Shown here one piece after another: positions 10,863 through 23,189 of a stretch of DNA of 64,000 nucleotides. Source of the DNA: Trypanosoma brucei (lineage: Eukaryota); the NCBI GenBank assembly GCA_000002445.1, contig CH464491.1, positions 5,056,001 to 5,120,000 of the forward strand. Direction: 5' to 3'. How positions within the stretch are numbered: position 1 is the stretch's first letter; each line of letters begins with the position of its first letter. Position numbers and translations under genes: made by a program. Below the pieces are notes generated by a model, which was not told the origin of the DNA, made no database searches, and saw nothing but the letters and a program-made list of their open reading frames with translations.

Positions 10863-12079
10863 GATGTAAATGCTTCGCTGTAGCTTGAAGCTTAGCTTTG
10901 TTTCTTGCTACTTTTTGTGTCTCCGGTGAGTGGTTGTGTCCGCAAAGTTTGATGTAAATTCTAAATTAAATATAAAATGTCCAGGTCGGGTAATATTCTT
11001 GTGAGTGTTTGCACAAAAACACCTAGTTCGCTTTATGAAATCATACTTATAAATCAAACCCATATTTTTCTTGTCAATTGTATCTACGGGAGTGTAATTC
11101 CAGTCCTGCGAATTCTCGAGATACCCAACAGATTTCTAAGCCTGACAATTAAAATCTTACGGTTGTTAATTGCTTTTATTTGATGGAAGCTTTGTATCGC
11201 ATGTCGGAGTGACAAACAGGAAGCCCTAGCGTTTCTCCAGGACACAAATGAGTTTTTTCTGCTTCTCCATCCCGTGTGACCGTATTTCATCGACGCTTAA
11301 GAATTAAAAAATTGGGTTCGGAAAGAGGTTTTTTTCTCTGCTTTTCTTTATTAATTCTTGCCGTTGGTTTTTACACAACGACAACTCTTAAGGTCTGATC
11401 ATTATGCCAATAAAAAATCGGTGGGCATCATTAAAAACTTTTGTCATCTCATATAAAGCTCTTCTAACGGAAAGTACGCGATTTACTTTAAGCAGTTTCC
11501 ACGTACTAATTTATATATATATATTTTTACGGTAATTCAATAGTAGTCTCAGTCTTCAAATCCTCATCCAAATAAAACGTCATATTGTCTTTCTAAAATG
11601 TTACTATTATTAATGTTCCTAATGAGAACAAGAATTTACTATTATTTCATACTCAATTTTTTAAATTCGCATCTCCTTTCTCTTCTTCACATATAAAAAA
11701 TGGAATATACAATCAAATTAATAAATATAGTTGCTGCCATCTCTGGTGTATTACCTATAACTTTTGATTTAATTCGTCAGAATCGTTTTGTGTATAGCTC
11801 TATGCCTTCTCGTATTCTGTAATTTTTTTGTTGGCACTTTTCTTTCATCTATTGCTTCTTCTGCATGATACGTGACGAATTCATTTGTTGTTTCCACTGG
11901 ACTGTACCACTCTCCAATTTTCCATGCAATCATCTCCATGAGTGTAATAATGACCATTGCCATATTTGTATTTGAAGATGCGCATTTTCATCTCCCTTCA
12001 TCACACTCCCACTTTACTCAAACAACTTCCATTGTCGTGAGTGCTTCTATTTTTCTTTTTCATTTGCCTATAACCAATG

Positions 12080-12165
12080 CTCTCATAATAATTTTGGTAT
12101 ATACACAGCCACAACATATCATTATCCTTACCGTTATTTTTTAACAATTATTATAGCCCTAACAT
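12080..12165 (-). repeat. VSG 70-bp repeat (degenerate)
   Basis: ataataattttggtatatacacagccacaacatatcattatccttaccgttatt. Confidence 0.7.
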
Positions 12166-12432
12166 GTATAAGTAGAATAACTAAAATAAATTAAATAAAT
12201 AAAATGAGAACTGTGCTCCTCCTTCAAACCATTTCACCACACTACTTTACACAATTTCCACTATCATACACACTTTACAAAAAGTTTTAAGATTTAAAAA
12301 CTTTTCATATTTTTATCAATTTTCGTAACCGTACATTTTCGTCAAAAAGTATAATAATACGTCACATTTTATCAAATTTTTATATTTTCATAAATTTCAT
12401 GAAATTGTGCAAAAATCCTCGAAATTCTAAAA

Positions 12433-14011
12433 TTATACCATACTCATAAAATTATCAGTCATCAGAGAAAATTTTTTATTGGCGAGAAAACTGGAATCAC
12501 GGCATTTATAAGTTCTTTTATCAGACCCATTACTATTTTCCCCCTTCCATCCACAGTGTTTTGTTACACCCTGATTTGCTCCCTCACAAGCCGTCTGGTT
12601 TAGAAGGGTGCTGCATCCAGGTTTGCCAGTATTATTCCCGTTTTTCTTTTTTCCTGTTAGTTCTGTTGCTTCTTTTGATGCTGCTTGTTTGCTTTCTTCA
12701 CTCAATGTGCACTTTTTTCCTTCTTTTGTTTTTTAATAATGGGAGCCTGGAGTTCCGCCACACTTTTCTTGTTATTCTATTGCGTTGCAAACTTCTTCCG
12801 GTTTATGGGTTGCGTTGTTGTCTTGACAGTGTTGCTATTGAATTGTTAGCTTTAGAGCTTCTTGCCTCTTTGCTTGAAGACACCTGCACGTCGCTTCGGT
12901 GAAGTTTTCATCGCTGTTAATCTCTTCTGCGATTTCGCTTTTTACCGTCGCTCCATCGCTGTATATTAGTTTCGTTTTTTGTAACTTAGCCCACAATTTT
13001 TGATGTGAATTGAGCTTGTTCGTTACCGAAAAGTTTATCGCGCGTTGTGGTTACGGCTTTGTCGGATTTTTCTTCTTTTGGTTTATTCGCTTGAGTTTCT
13101 AACGTTTTGGCTATCACCTCCAGCAGCAGATCTTCGGTCTTTCAGCTGTCATAATTGCTCTCTGTTGGTGTTTTCTGAGGCGTTGCCGCTGTGTGGAATT
13201 TGTCATAGGCTTTCCGTGCTGCCTGGTGGCTTTTAATGTTTTCTGCGGTTTGGTCGCATGCTGCTGCTGTTAGTGGCTAGACGTTTGGGGTTATCCCGTC
13301 TACTTTTAATGCTCCGCCGCCCCAATAAGCTTGATCAGGTCCGCCAGTTGTTGCCTCTTACCCTCCGCTGCTTGAGATTTTGGTGAGCTGGCAGGTGTTT
13401 CTAGTGCTTTCCGATGCTCCACTGCCTCCTGCTAGTGCCGTGTGTTTGCTGTAGTCTTATTTCGAGTGCGCAAAGCCTGGTACAGGATCTATCTGCATCG
13501 CTGCAACGCAGACTGCATCTTCGGTTGCTATCTTGTTGTTGCCGTTTCTTCCTGATCGCGCTTGGAGGAAATATTCGGTTCCTGGAATGCTTGACACCGC
13601 TTGGTTGAATACACTGGTGGTTTCGTCTAACCTACCGTCTGTGTAACCTAGAGCCGCAGCGGCTACGGATGCTTTTGGGGAAAGATTTTCCAGTGCCGCA
13701 AGGCTTTCCTTCATTTTTGTGTGCATGTAGCCGGCGAAGAGCGTTAGCGCCGGGGCATCGTCCTTTTTCGCTACATATGCTGCCTCCTCTGACTTTAAAC
13801 TTAGCGTTTTTAGATTGACAATTTCCGGTATTAAATGCTTTTGTCTCGCGGTCGTGCTTTCTGCTGCTTTTTTGTTGTGCTTTATGAGTGTGCACAGCTT
13901 TGTCGCTGCCGCGTGACCGACTGCGTTACTTTTTGCGGCGTCTGACCCCGTTGTGACCACGAAACTTAAAGCCGACATCACCTTTAATAAAGTAATCATT
14001 CTAATGTCCAT
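12433..14011 (-). pseudogene. VSG pseudogene
   Basis: N-domain with signal (MDIRMITLLKVMSALSFVVTTGSDAAKS...) at 13457-14011. Degenerate middle. C-domain ...CGWKGENS...CRDSSFLANKKFSLMTDNFMSMV at 12433-12705. Confidence 0.8.
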
Positions 14012-15694
14012 CTGCTTCGTTTTTGTTTAGGGTCTGCTTGCCTTTACTTTTTGACTCACCGCACGGAATGTACTAGATGTATCTGAGTCCTGAGAGTAAT
14101 GAATTACACCAGTTAAAACGTAAATTATTGACAAATTCAAATAATACTATATAGAAATTCTTCCTGCAGCTTTGCAACTCGTTCCGTGTGATTTACTCGG
14201 GATTTTATACAGCACACCTGAAATTTAAAGTGTTGTAGCTGACTTTGTCAGAGTTGATGACGGATACATAGTCTAGAGCCAACCGTCAACTCTTTCTCCC
14301 TCTGCCAAAAGGTTTCTACCTTCACCCACTCGTCTTGTATTTACTGCGGTTGAATTACATGCACATACACATGTATGTCTGTTTTCTTGTACCAACATTT
14401 GGGCCAAAATACTTCATTTTGATTTTCTACTCTTTTTTGCTTTCCTGACCCTTCTGGAAAGCAATTCAGCCCCATCACCTTCCATCGATGGAACAGAGCT
14501 TGCACAAATCGCGCTGTGCACTCAGACATAGGTATGTAAAGTTTCGTTGTTTTTCTGCCAGATGCGGTGCCAATCGTTAGGTTTGCAGCGCTCTTGAGCT
14601 ATTGCAGCCTACTGCTTCGCTGGTGAATCGGCCTCGAACATTAATGTTTGCTTGTCTGTTCGCTTGGCTATGTATGGCTCATTTAGTGAGCCTCGCCCGG
14701 ATTCAGCGCTTATAACTTCTCTTATAAGGCCGAGTGGTTTTACAATGCAATCCAAACGCTTCTGTCAGCTCCATTTTCTTCTTTCATTACTGTCTTTCAT
14801 TACAGTTGACTATACGGAAATTCGTGGAGGTGATTAAGTGTTGCAGGAAATGGATGATCGTTACAAGTTTCTGACTGCTAGGCTAGATTCGCTTTCATTA
14901 TTCTAAGTCACTTCAACTTTACTATACTATATCTGCTATTTAAGCACCATTTTCACGCCTTCACAAGTGTGATCCCATAAAACAGCGAAAACATTCGCTA
15001 TATCTAACAACATCGCCGATTCCTCTGCATGTAAGTGTCACTAAGGGTTAATGTTTATACACTCCTTTGTGATGCTACAACGAACCCTTTTTTGCTTTCT
15101 CATTTGCCATTTGGATACACTATTTCTTTGTTTAATGTTATCCTTCCTAACTTTGGTGCTAACCTTCGATGGCGTCGCATGTTTTGTTCCAATCATCAAG
15201 TGCTTATCTTTCCTTTTTTGGTGGAACCCTTTATTCACATAAAATGCGCAGTTTCAAATCAATTTTATCTCCTTTTGTAGCTTGGTTTTTCTTTTAAGAT
15301 TTACGTTTATTTATGATAGGACGCTGAAAAGAAATAATGCTTTTTTTGACGGTTCTTGATAACATATGGACAATGATGGCCTTGGGTGCCTTAGACTTAA
15401 ACTTTCTCTTTGTTTTAGTGTCAGTGTTAGCTACCTTATTTGCTTTGTGCACTTCTCACTTTCTCTACATTACTATCCCCTCTACAATCTCCTTTTGTAA
15501 AATGATGCCCATAGTCAATTTTATGATTTAAACTGCGCATATTACATCTTAGCACTCTTCTCCTTTCTTTCTTCCCTCCTTTTTACCTTCCCATTAGTAA
15601 TATTTCTCTTTTTCTCACACACTTTACTCACTTACTCACACTTCACCATTGTCATTGTTTTAAATGCTTCTATTTTTGTCATTCATTCAACCGC

Positions 15695-15770
15695 TACCAC
15701 CATTTTATCATGATGTTGGTATGCACTTACCGCGATCATTATTATTATTATCATCATAACCCTAAAATTA
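15695..15770 (-). repeat. VSG 70-bp repeat (degenerate)
   Basis: Preceded by the conserved ttttaaatgcttctattttt box; atcattattattattatcatcataaccc. Confidence 0.65.
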
Positions 15771-16029
15771 AAAATAGAAAAATAAAATGAGCTAAGTATA
15801 CAAAAAGTAGAAATTTAATACCTTAAAACCTTATTACTTTACAGTTATACACTGCATTCATGCCAAAGTTTATACTTTTTTATTTTCAAAATTTGTACAT
15901 TTCGAAAAGTTTTACAAAAGTGTTAATGTATCTCAAATTCTGGAAAACTCTTCCAAAACAGCAAAATCTCACAAATTTTATAAAATTTAATAAAAAGCTT
16001 CTACCAATAATTCTTAAAAGTGTTATGCT

Positions 16030-17491
16030 ATAAGCAAAAGAGGCTCCTTAATTACAAAAGAATTACTCGCTGTTGTAGACGAATTCTCTTTTGGAAAGCA
16101 TCTTTCTACCTCCGTTTTTTCTCATCAAAATCGCAACCTTTTTCATCTTTGCAGGGTTTCTCTGTACTATGCTTTTTTCATTCGTCTGCTGATTTGGGTG
16201 ACTATGGTGCCTTGTTTGTTTTGGAGGGACATGAGGAACTGGCTTGGTTTTTCTTTTTTTTTTTCCTCCTCCTCAATATACCTTCTTACTGTATAATATG
16301 CTTCTGCTGCTGCTAGGTCATCCACTGATGTTTATCTGTTGAAGCTGTGTGTCACCGCTAACTCCTGTAGCTGCTTTGGTTGGTTTGAATTCCCGCGTCG
16401 GCTTTGCCATTTTTGCCTCGACTTTTCTTGATATACTCCATACTCTTGTGTTGGTAGCTTGTATGCTTCTTCTTTGCCCTTGCCTGTGGTGTGCGTCGCT
16501 TTTTCTTCTCTTAAAGCCATTGTAATAGCTACCGTAGGCGACCCTGTTGTAAGTAGCTCTTTTAACTTCGGTCCTTGTCGTGTATAAGTTAGATCGCTCA
16601 TTGCTATTTCCATTGCCTTCACTTCCTTGTTTAGTTTTGTTAGTTTTATTTTCGTGGGAAGCTCGATGTGTCATATTCGCTGGTACTGCCTACATCTCTT
16701 TTCAATGTGCTGACTTTTCGCGTTAACAGCCCACCGCCTCTGAAGCTTATGCTTGTGCTGCCTTCTTCATTTCGGCAGCTTGCTGTCAGGAAGGCTGCTG
16801 CTCGGTCCGTCTCGCAGATCGTTAGATCGTCGGTTAGCTTGGTGCCTGCTGGTTTTACCTTTATAGTGTTGATCGGTAGTCGGCTTGGTTTGGCCGCTGC
16901 TGCACTTAATTCCTTCTGCGACTTTCTAGTGCCTTCTCCGGTTGGGCACTCGCCTTTTGTCGGTGCTGACAGTTCCACTGTGAGGTGCCTACTTGTTGAA
17001 CCGAGAAAAGTGTTCGCTATCGCACCGTCTTTGTTCGGCAGTTTTAGCTTTTAAAGTTCTGCCAATAGGCCGTGTGTTCCAGTTAGTTCTTCGACTTCGC
17101 TGATCCCTGTGACTATTGCATCGTAGTTTGCTTTAGCTTTATTGAGAGCTTCTGTTGCTGCTGCCGTCAGTTTGATCGCCAACAACGTTGCCCCTACCTG
17201 CGAGTTTGTTGCTTGTGCGGCTATTGCCACTCGCAGCCGAGCCGCTTCAAGCAAGTCTGCTTGGGCCTTGTCTATCTGGTTTTTAAGTTTTAGTTCAGCA
17301 TTTTTAGCTAGGGCATTAAGATAATCCGCTGCCGCGCAGGGATCCTCCTCCTTGTGCATGGCGTCTTGGATGGTCGACGTAGCTTGGGAAAAAACAGTTG
17401 CCGCTAGCGCAGCTGCGAAAATGGTCGCCTGCATCATTGTCTGTGTCTTTGGAAATTCTTTGGCCCTGTCTGAAGACTGACGTGTTGCCAC
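16030..17491 (-). pseudogene. VSG pseudogene (A-type N-domain, frameshifted; C-term of KGCDFDEKK class)
   Basis: N-domain ORF 17051-17491 (signal MMQATIFAAALAATVFSQA, ...DPCAAADYLNALAKN...) broken into 16646-16978 and 16318-16674. C-terminal DNA at 16030-16320 is near-identical to the 3' block of the 23190 VSG. 3'UTR at 15917-15938. Confidence 0.8.
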
Positions 17492-19137
17492 CGTATTCGG
17501 GTTTTCAAGGTTTTTGGTTGACTAGTGGAGTCCTTTGCAGTAAGTTTGAGGGCGTGTCTATGTGGCTTCGGTTTATACAGTGTGTCTTATCAAGAAAAAG
17601 GGATGGTTCTGTTGACTTTTACAGAGCTCCTGTGTATTAGTTCCGAAGTGGTTGCTATACAGCCAGAAATTCCCTCGAAGTTTACATTGTCTGCGCTTTA
17701 TGTCTGCTTCAAAAATACCGATCACTTGTAGATGATAGTATGATTTTCTTGTATTGTGGCCACTATTAGCTTCTCCGTGGCGTTGGTGAAAACGGTTGTG
17801 CGCCCCGTGCCCACTGCAACTACTTCTACTTCGTTCTTTGGAGAAACTTTCGTTTTTCTTTAAAAATAGTTTCAAATCTATTGCTGATACTGCATCTCCA
17901 TCCACTACTCCTATGCCATTAATCACTGTTTAAATCGGGCACGGCTCTGGTGTGATCGGTATAACCGAGAACTCCGTTATGCACTTGCCCGCGGCGGCAC
18001 TGACGCCGCAGTTGGCTATTATTGTCATGTGTTTGCCTAAACCTTCACATCGTTGATTTTTGCGGCTAGTAAAACTAAGAGGTGTCCTTTACTGGTTGCC
18101 ATAGGCGTTAATTCCGCCCCAGGGTTTGTGTGTTGCTGGTAAGATAAGATTAGAATTTATTCATGCGCTGGATTGCCACTGTTAGGAAAAGCTGATGTTA
18201 TCGGCGGTAGTTGCTCGCTTTGGCTTAGAATGCCGGTAGCTAATGATGACCCGCATCGACATAAAGGGTTCGCACAACCTTATGGACCTGGTACCTGTTG
18301 AGGTGTATTTTTTGAGTACTTTGTCAATTAATTTGGTTTTGTAGCATGTCTTGGTTATAGTTGACTTTTCAGTGCATTCCGTGCTTCTTTCAGCGACAGC
18401 TATTGTTAAGACGGATACTACTGTCGTTGCGCTTAGGTTTTCGAGAGTTTTGGAATCTGAAATAGTTTTACATATTGTGCGCGTCCTATGGCACTTGAAC
18501 AATTCTTTTTGGGTTGTAGGAGCTGTGCTTAGTTTTAATTCATCACGGTTTCCAAGCGGCGCCATAGAAGCTTAATTGTTTTTTATTGCTTCTGACGGCA
18601 CTCTCCATGTGCGATGAGTTTACTCCTTAGGCGATATCCACGGTAAAAGATTTAAAAGTTTTTGAGGCCATAGAGGCGGTCTTTGCCTGCTTTTTTATTG
18701 GGGGCCCATTGCTTCGGTTGTCTATTGGATAGCTTCTTACGGGCTTGATTCCTCTTCTTGATGTTCTATCGCTGCTGCTGTGAATTCGCTTATAGGTATT
18801 AAGTTTCGTCTGGCTAAACTCATATAGTTGGGACTTCTGCAGTTTAGTCATTGTTTTATTCTCGGCATTGGTTGTCACGGCCGAGTATTGTTTAGGGAGG
18901 GTTTTGGTACCGTACAATTGTTATTTTTTACTTTTTTCAGTGATATGTGGCGATTACGAAGTGAGAGTGCTGCAGAAACGCATCTGAATAATAGCTGTGA
19001 ACAAATACAGTCACTTAAGCCGTGGATATCAATTTCTTAATTACAAACCATGTTATACCATATTTATATCTAAAAAGTTAAACCTTATGTTCACTAATAC
19101 CTTCTAAAGTCATCTAATTTAGATGTTTTCGCTTTAT

Positions 19138-19205
19138 TCAAAATAACAAAGCAACATATGGCCTGTTCACGAGCACGACTTGGCTTTCACTTATGCTTGT
19201 GATCA
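19138..19205 (-). pseudogene. Degenerate GPI-signal relic (...VLVNRPYVALLF*) without the rest of a VSG
   Basis: Minus-strand GTG CTC GTG AAC AGG CCA TAT GTT GCT TTG TTA TTT TGA matches the VSG GPI-signal consensus end. No 16-mer downstream and no recognisable C-domain upstream. Confidence 0.35.
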
Positions 19206-20089
19206 CATTGGTTTTTTCTATGTTGAATTTAAGTTTTAGTAACTTGTGTATGTGAAGTTCCTTCTTCACTTTTTTTTCAAGTCGGTCCATTGGTTTCTCA
19301 TCAGCGACAACTTTTATGTGTATTTTTTCTATTGAAATTGTGTCAGCGGCTGTCTGTAACACTGACAGTGCAGTGTGAGGCCTTACTTATAAATTCTCTA
19401 TACTTTATAAAGATCATAATGAACTTTCTGCGTTCTTATTCTTTTTTTGTTGAACACAGAAATCTATCGATACTCCTCAGTAAAAAAGTTTCCTCCAATA
19501 ATATTATATTTTTTCTTACGAATGTTGTTTGTATTACTATGTCTGATAAAAAGAAACTATTGAGGCCCCCTTACTCTTACACAATTACTTATTTCTGGTC
19601 CTACTTCTTCACAGATGGACATTAGGATCCGCAATTAGATTAAAAACACAGTCTCCACTATCTCTGTAGTTCTATTTATTCATTTCCGAGCGAAATATGG
19701 TACACAATATTCTCATCACGAGGTATTATTTTCATCATATCTGTGCTTTTCTGTAGCTCAACCCGTTGTTTCAATCTGTTTTTTATTTCCCCCTATTTAT
19801 TCTTCGTTATCTATTTTTTGCGGATAATGTAGAGACAGTATTAAACGTAAAAACTAAATTACGTCACTTCTTCATATAACTCTCTATCATCTACTCATCT
19901 ATTATGCTTCCAATCCTCTTTTTTTTGCACCAGAAACTGAAAATATTCTATCTTCTCCATTTTTATCTGCGTTTCCCTTTAATAATATTTCTCAAGCTAC
20001 CTAACTCCATCACTTACTTCCATTTTATTCTTGTCATTTTGAAGTGCTTCTATTCTACCTAAAAATTTAGTCTTTGACACAACACCACT

Positions 20090-20180
20090 AACTATAGTAG
20101 TATATACACACATGCACAACACTATCCTACCGTTGTTGCCATGATTCGTTGCGATTATTAACATTATAACCCAACTAGTA
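20090..20180 (-). repeat. VSG 70-bp repeat (degenerate)
   Basis: agtagtatatacacacatgcacaacactatcc... after gaagtgcttctattc. Confidence 0.65.
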
Positions 20181-20310
20181 TCCAAAAAAAACAAATGAAC
20201 CAAATTAGAATAGCACTCATTTGCGATATCTTGTCACCCTATGACTTTACGAACATAGGCCACTTTAATATCAAATTATGCAGTCGTAAAAAGTTATCAA
20301 AAGTCGTACA

Positions 20311-20333
20311 AAAGTGTTATAATATATCAAAAT
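20311..20333 (-). promoter_or_regulatory. VSG 3'UTR 16-mer-like element
   Basis: aaagtgttataatatatcaaaat. Confidence 0.7.
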
Positions 20334-20457
20334 ATAGCAGTATTTAGAAAATTATCACAAAAAAGCACCATGAATTTCATAAAGTTGAGCAAGAATCCTT
20401 AAAAAATTACAATAAAAAAACGCTAAAATGCTAACAAACTCACAAATATAGCAGTAA

Positions 20458-21921
20458 TCAAAGCCAATTTCTTATTGACAAGAAAACTTGAATCTTTGCA
20501 CTTTTTTCCATCTCATTTGCAATCAGTAGCTTTCTCGCATTCTTTTTGTTCTTTGCCTGTACAAGTTGAGGTAGTTTTCTCATCTCTATCATCTTTTTTG
20601 TCTGTTTTTGTTTCAGGTTCTGGAAAGCGTTTTTCACAATCTGGTTTGTCTTTATCAAATTTACATCCCGCTTTTTTGCAGGGTCCTTTGTCTTTGTGTT
20701 CCTTGCATTGATCGTCACTTTTTGTTTCACTGTTGGAGTCAGCGCTTTTCGTTGAGTCTTTTTCTTGTTCTAACTTTTGGATAGTATTTTTGGCTGCTGC
20801 ATCGTAGATAGCTATCGTTTTTTGTAATTCTTCTGCGTTGTCTATGTCTCCAATTGTCGTATTTTTTCCGAGGGTCTGTTTGCTATCCACTACGGGTTCC
20901 TTCTTAATCTTTTCCTACAGGTTGTCTAAGTTTTTGTCTGATGCTTTTAAAGTAGTGCTAACTGTTTGCTCTGCTTTTTCCTCGTGGGCGCCTGGTTTGT
21001 TTTTCTTTTCTGTTGCTGCTAGGAGTTGTTTAATTGCCGTTTTAGCTTCGCCGCTGTTTACTGCTTGTTTGAGGATGCTTACCTCGTCCGCTTGGGCAGA
21101 TTGTTTATGGCCAGATTTCATTGCTTTGACGTCTAAGAACGCTGTTTTTGTTAGTGTGTCCGCTTGGCGGTTGTGCGAGGCTGTATCGATAGCTGTAAAG
21201 CCGTTTCTGTGTACCTCATCTGCTGTTGAAAAGTCGAAGATGCCGTCTAGTAGCTTTTTTCTGGATGTAGCGGCTGTCTATGCACTGTGATCGTTTCCGC
21301 TGTGTGTGAACACGCAAAGGTTTCCTGTTGATTCTACGCCGTTGTCGCCTACAATGTTTTTTAGCTTAGCGTAGCCTTTAGGGATAACTAGGCCGTCGCC
21401 TATCGCAGGTGCTGATGCGGTGATCTGTTGGGGTTTACCACTGCAACCGTGTGCTTGCGCTTGGCTCGCTGCGTCGCCATAGTCATTGCTGTTCCCCAAG
21501 CAATACTTGCTGTTTTTAGATGCTTTACCGAAGATTGTTATCGTTGCGTCGATTTGCCCAACAAGCTCTTGTGTTGACGTCAGAGCTTGAACTGCTGTCG
21601 TGTAGTAACCTTCGCGGTTGCTACGCGTGTTTGCTGCAATTTTAATATGGCAGCCGCTAGTTCTGACATTTTTAAACTATCTGCTGTACTGGCTGTCTTT
21701 TCGGCGTAAAGCATTGCTTTTAATCCAGTTGTTATCATCTTATCTTCCTCTTCCTGACTGCGTGTCAGAGCTGTTAGCGCCATGCTCGGCAGTTATCTCA
21801 GTTCTGCTTCTGTTTCACATACCGGTTTCCATGTTTCCTCCTTCATGGCATTATGTGTTGGTGTTGAACCCCTGCTTAGAAACAGTGTCGTTGCTGCTAG
21901 AATCGCAGCTAGAAGAAACAT
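20458..21921 (-). pseudogene. VSG pseudogene (frameshifts; TGA replaces the conserved Trp codon in CKWDGK)
   Basis: Signal-peptide start at about 21921 (MFLLAAILAATTLFL...). N-domain fragments at 21580-21783, 21278-21499 and 20915-21121. C-domain at 20513-20890 ends ...KECEKATDCK-TGA, then DGKKCKDSSFLVNKKLALI continues. 3'UTR at 20311-20333. Confidence 0.85.
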
Positions 21922-22879
21922 TTTAAGGTGCTAGTCTTGTTGGCTGTCCTCCTGGAGTGCAAAATAAGAGAAAAAACATCTTTCCGTATCGAGAGTTCAT
22001 TTGGTTGTCTATGGTTTGCTTCTGACGGTTCGCAGCCATTACCTGCGTTTGTGCACTGCCTACCCAAGTCATTTGGCATCTACCAAAATTGAAGTTGGAT
22101 TGCTTTGTTTTCTTTGGACTAAAGCAGTGGTTAGCTTGTGCTCTGTGCAGCAAATTAGATCTTAGGTGCCGGTTCCCGGAGAAGAAAGAAACTTTGATAC
22201 TTTACTTGATTATTACCGTTGTGGCCGGCGACCTTTGTTTGGATGGGCTGTGTTACGATTACAGCCATTTCTTCATACTGGTTTTCACCCACTGTTTAAG
22301 GAGCTTCACTGTGATCGTTACCACGGCCTCCGGTATTGTCCAAATTTCAAGACTTCTCCCCTGTAGCCACTGCTTCACAGATCATATAAGGGTTTAAAAA
22401 GCCTTTATTTGGCCTTACCAACAGCTTCAGCGTCTGTACTTTCTGCTGCACGCTAGGTTCCGCCATCAAATTAAATAAAAAGTGGTGCCTATCATTAAAA
22501 TACCATCTATCCAGTTTTTAGTGAAATGTAGAAAATCATTTGCACTTCTTGATACATTGCACCCCACCCTCCACACTGTGGTGTCTCTTATTCTTCCATT
22601 CTATTCTGCATTTTCTCCTCTCTTTTCCTCCTTTTCTTCTTCTATAGCTACTTATGCTGCAGTGGATAATGAAGAAAAATTATTTAGCTTGTAGTATAGA
22701 CTCTTTCTCTCCTTCACTGTTCCATCAAGCGTCTCTTTATGTATGATCATGTCCATAGCAATGCATGACTTTGAAACTGCGTATCTTCTGTGTCATTATT
22801 TCTTTGTTTCTCTTTGAGGTTTATAATTTGAAAATATTTCTTTTACACACATTTTCTCAATCACTATACCACTATTTTC

Positions 22880-22975
22880 GTCACTATTAAAAATATTATT
22901 ACTATTACTATCTTACTATTGATATTATCATCATTATCATTACTATCACTATTATAACCGTAACTAATATCCATA
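22880..22975 (-). repeat. VSG 70-bp repeat (TAT/TCA-rich, degenerate core)
   Basis: attattactattactatcttactattgatattatcatcattatcattactatcactattataacc. Confidence 0.6.
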
Positions 22976-23189
22976 AATAAACAAATAATGATAAATTAGA
23001 AAATTACCCATCTTTCATACCCTATTACCACAATACTTTATACAGAAATTTAATATTTTATGGGGGTTTAAAACTTGCAAAGGCTTTATTAAAAGAGTGA
23101 AAATTTATCTAATTTAAAAGTTCAGCTAATTCTGGCAAAAATGCAGATTTTTATATGTTTTATAACTTTGAGCAACAATCCTAAATTTT

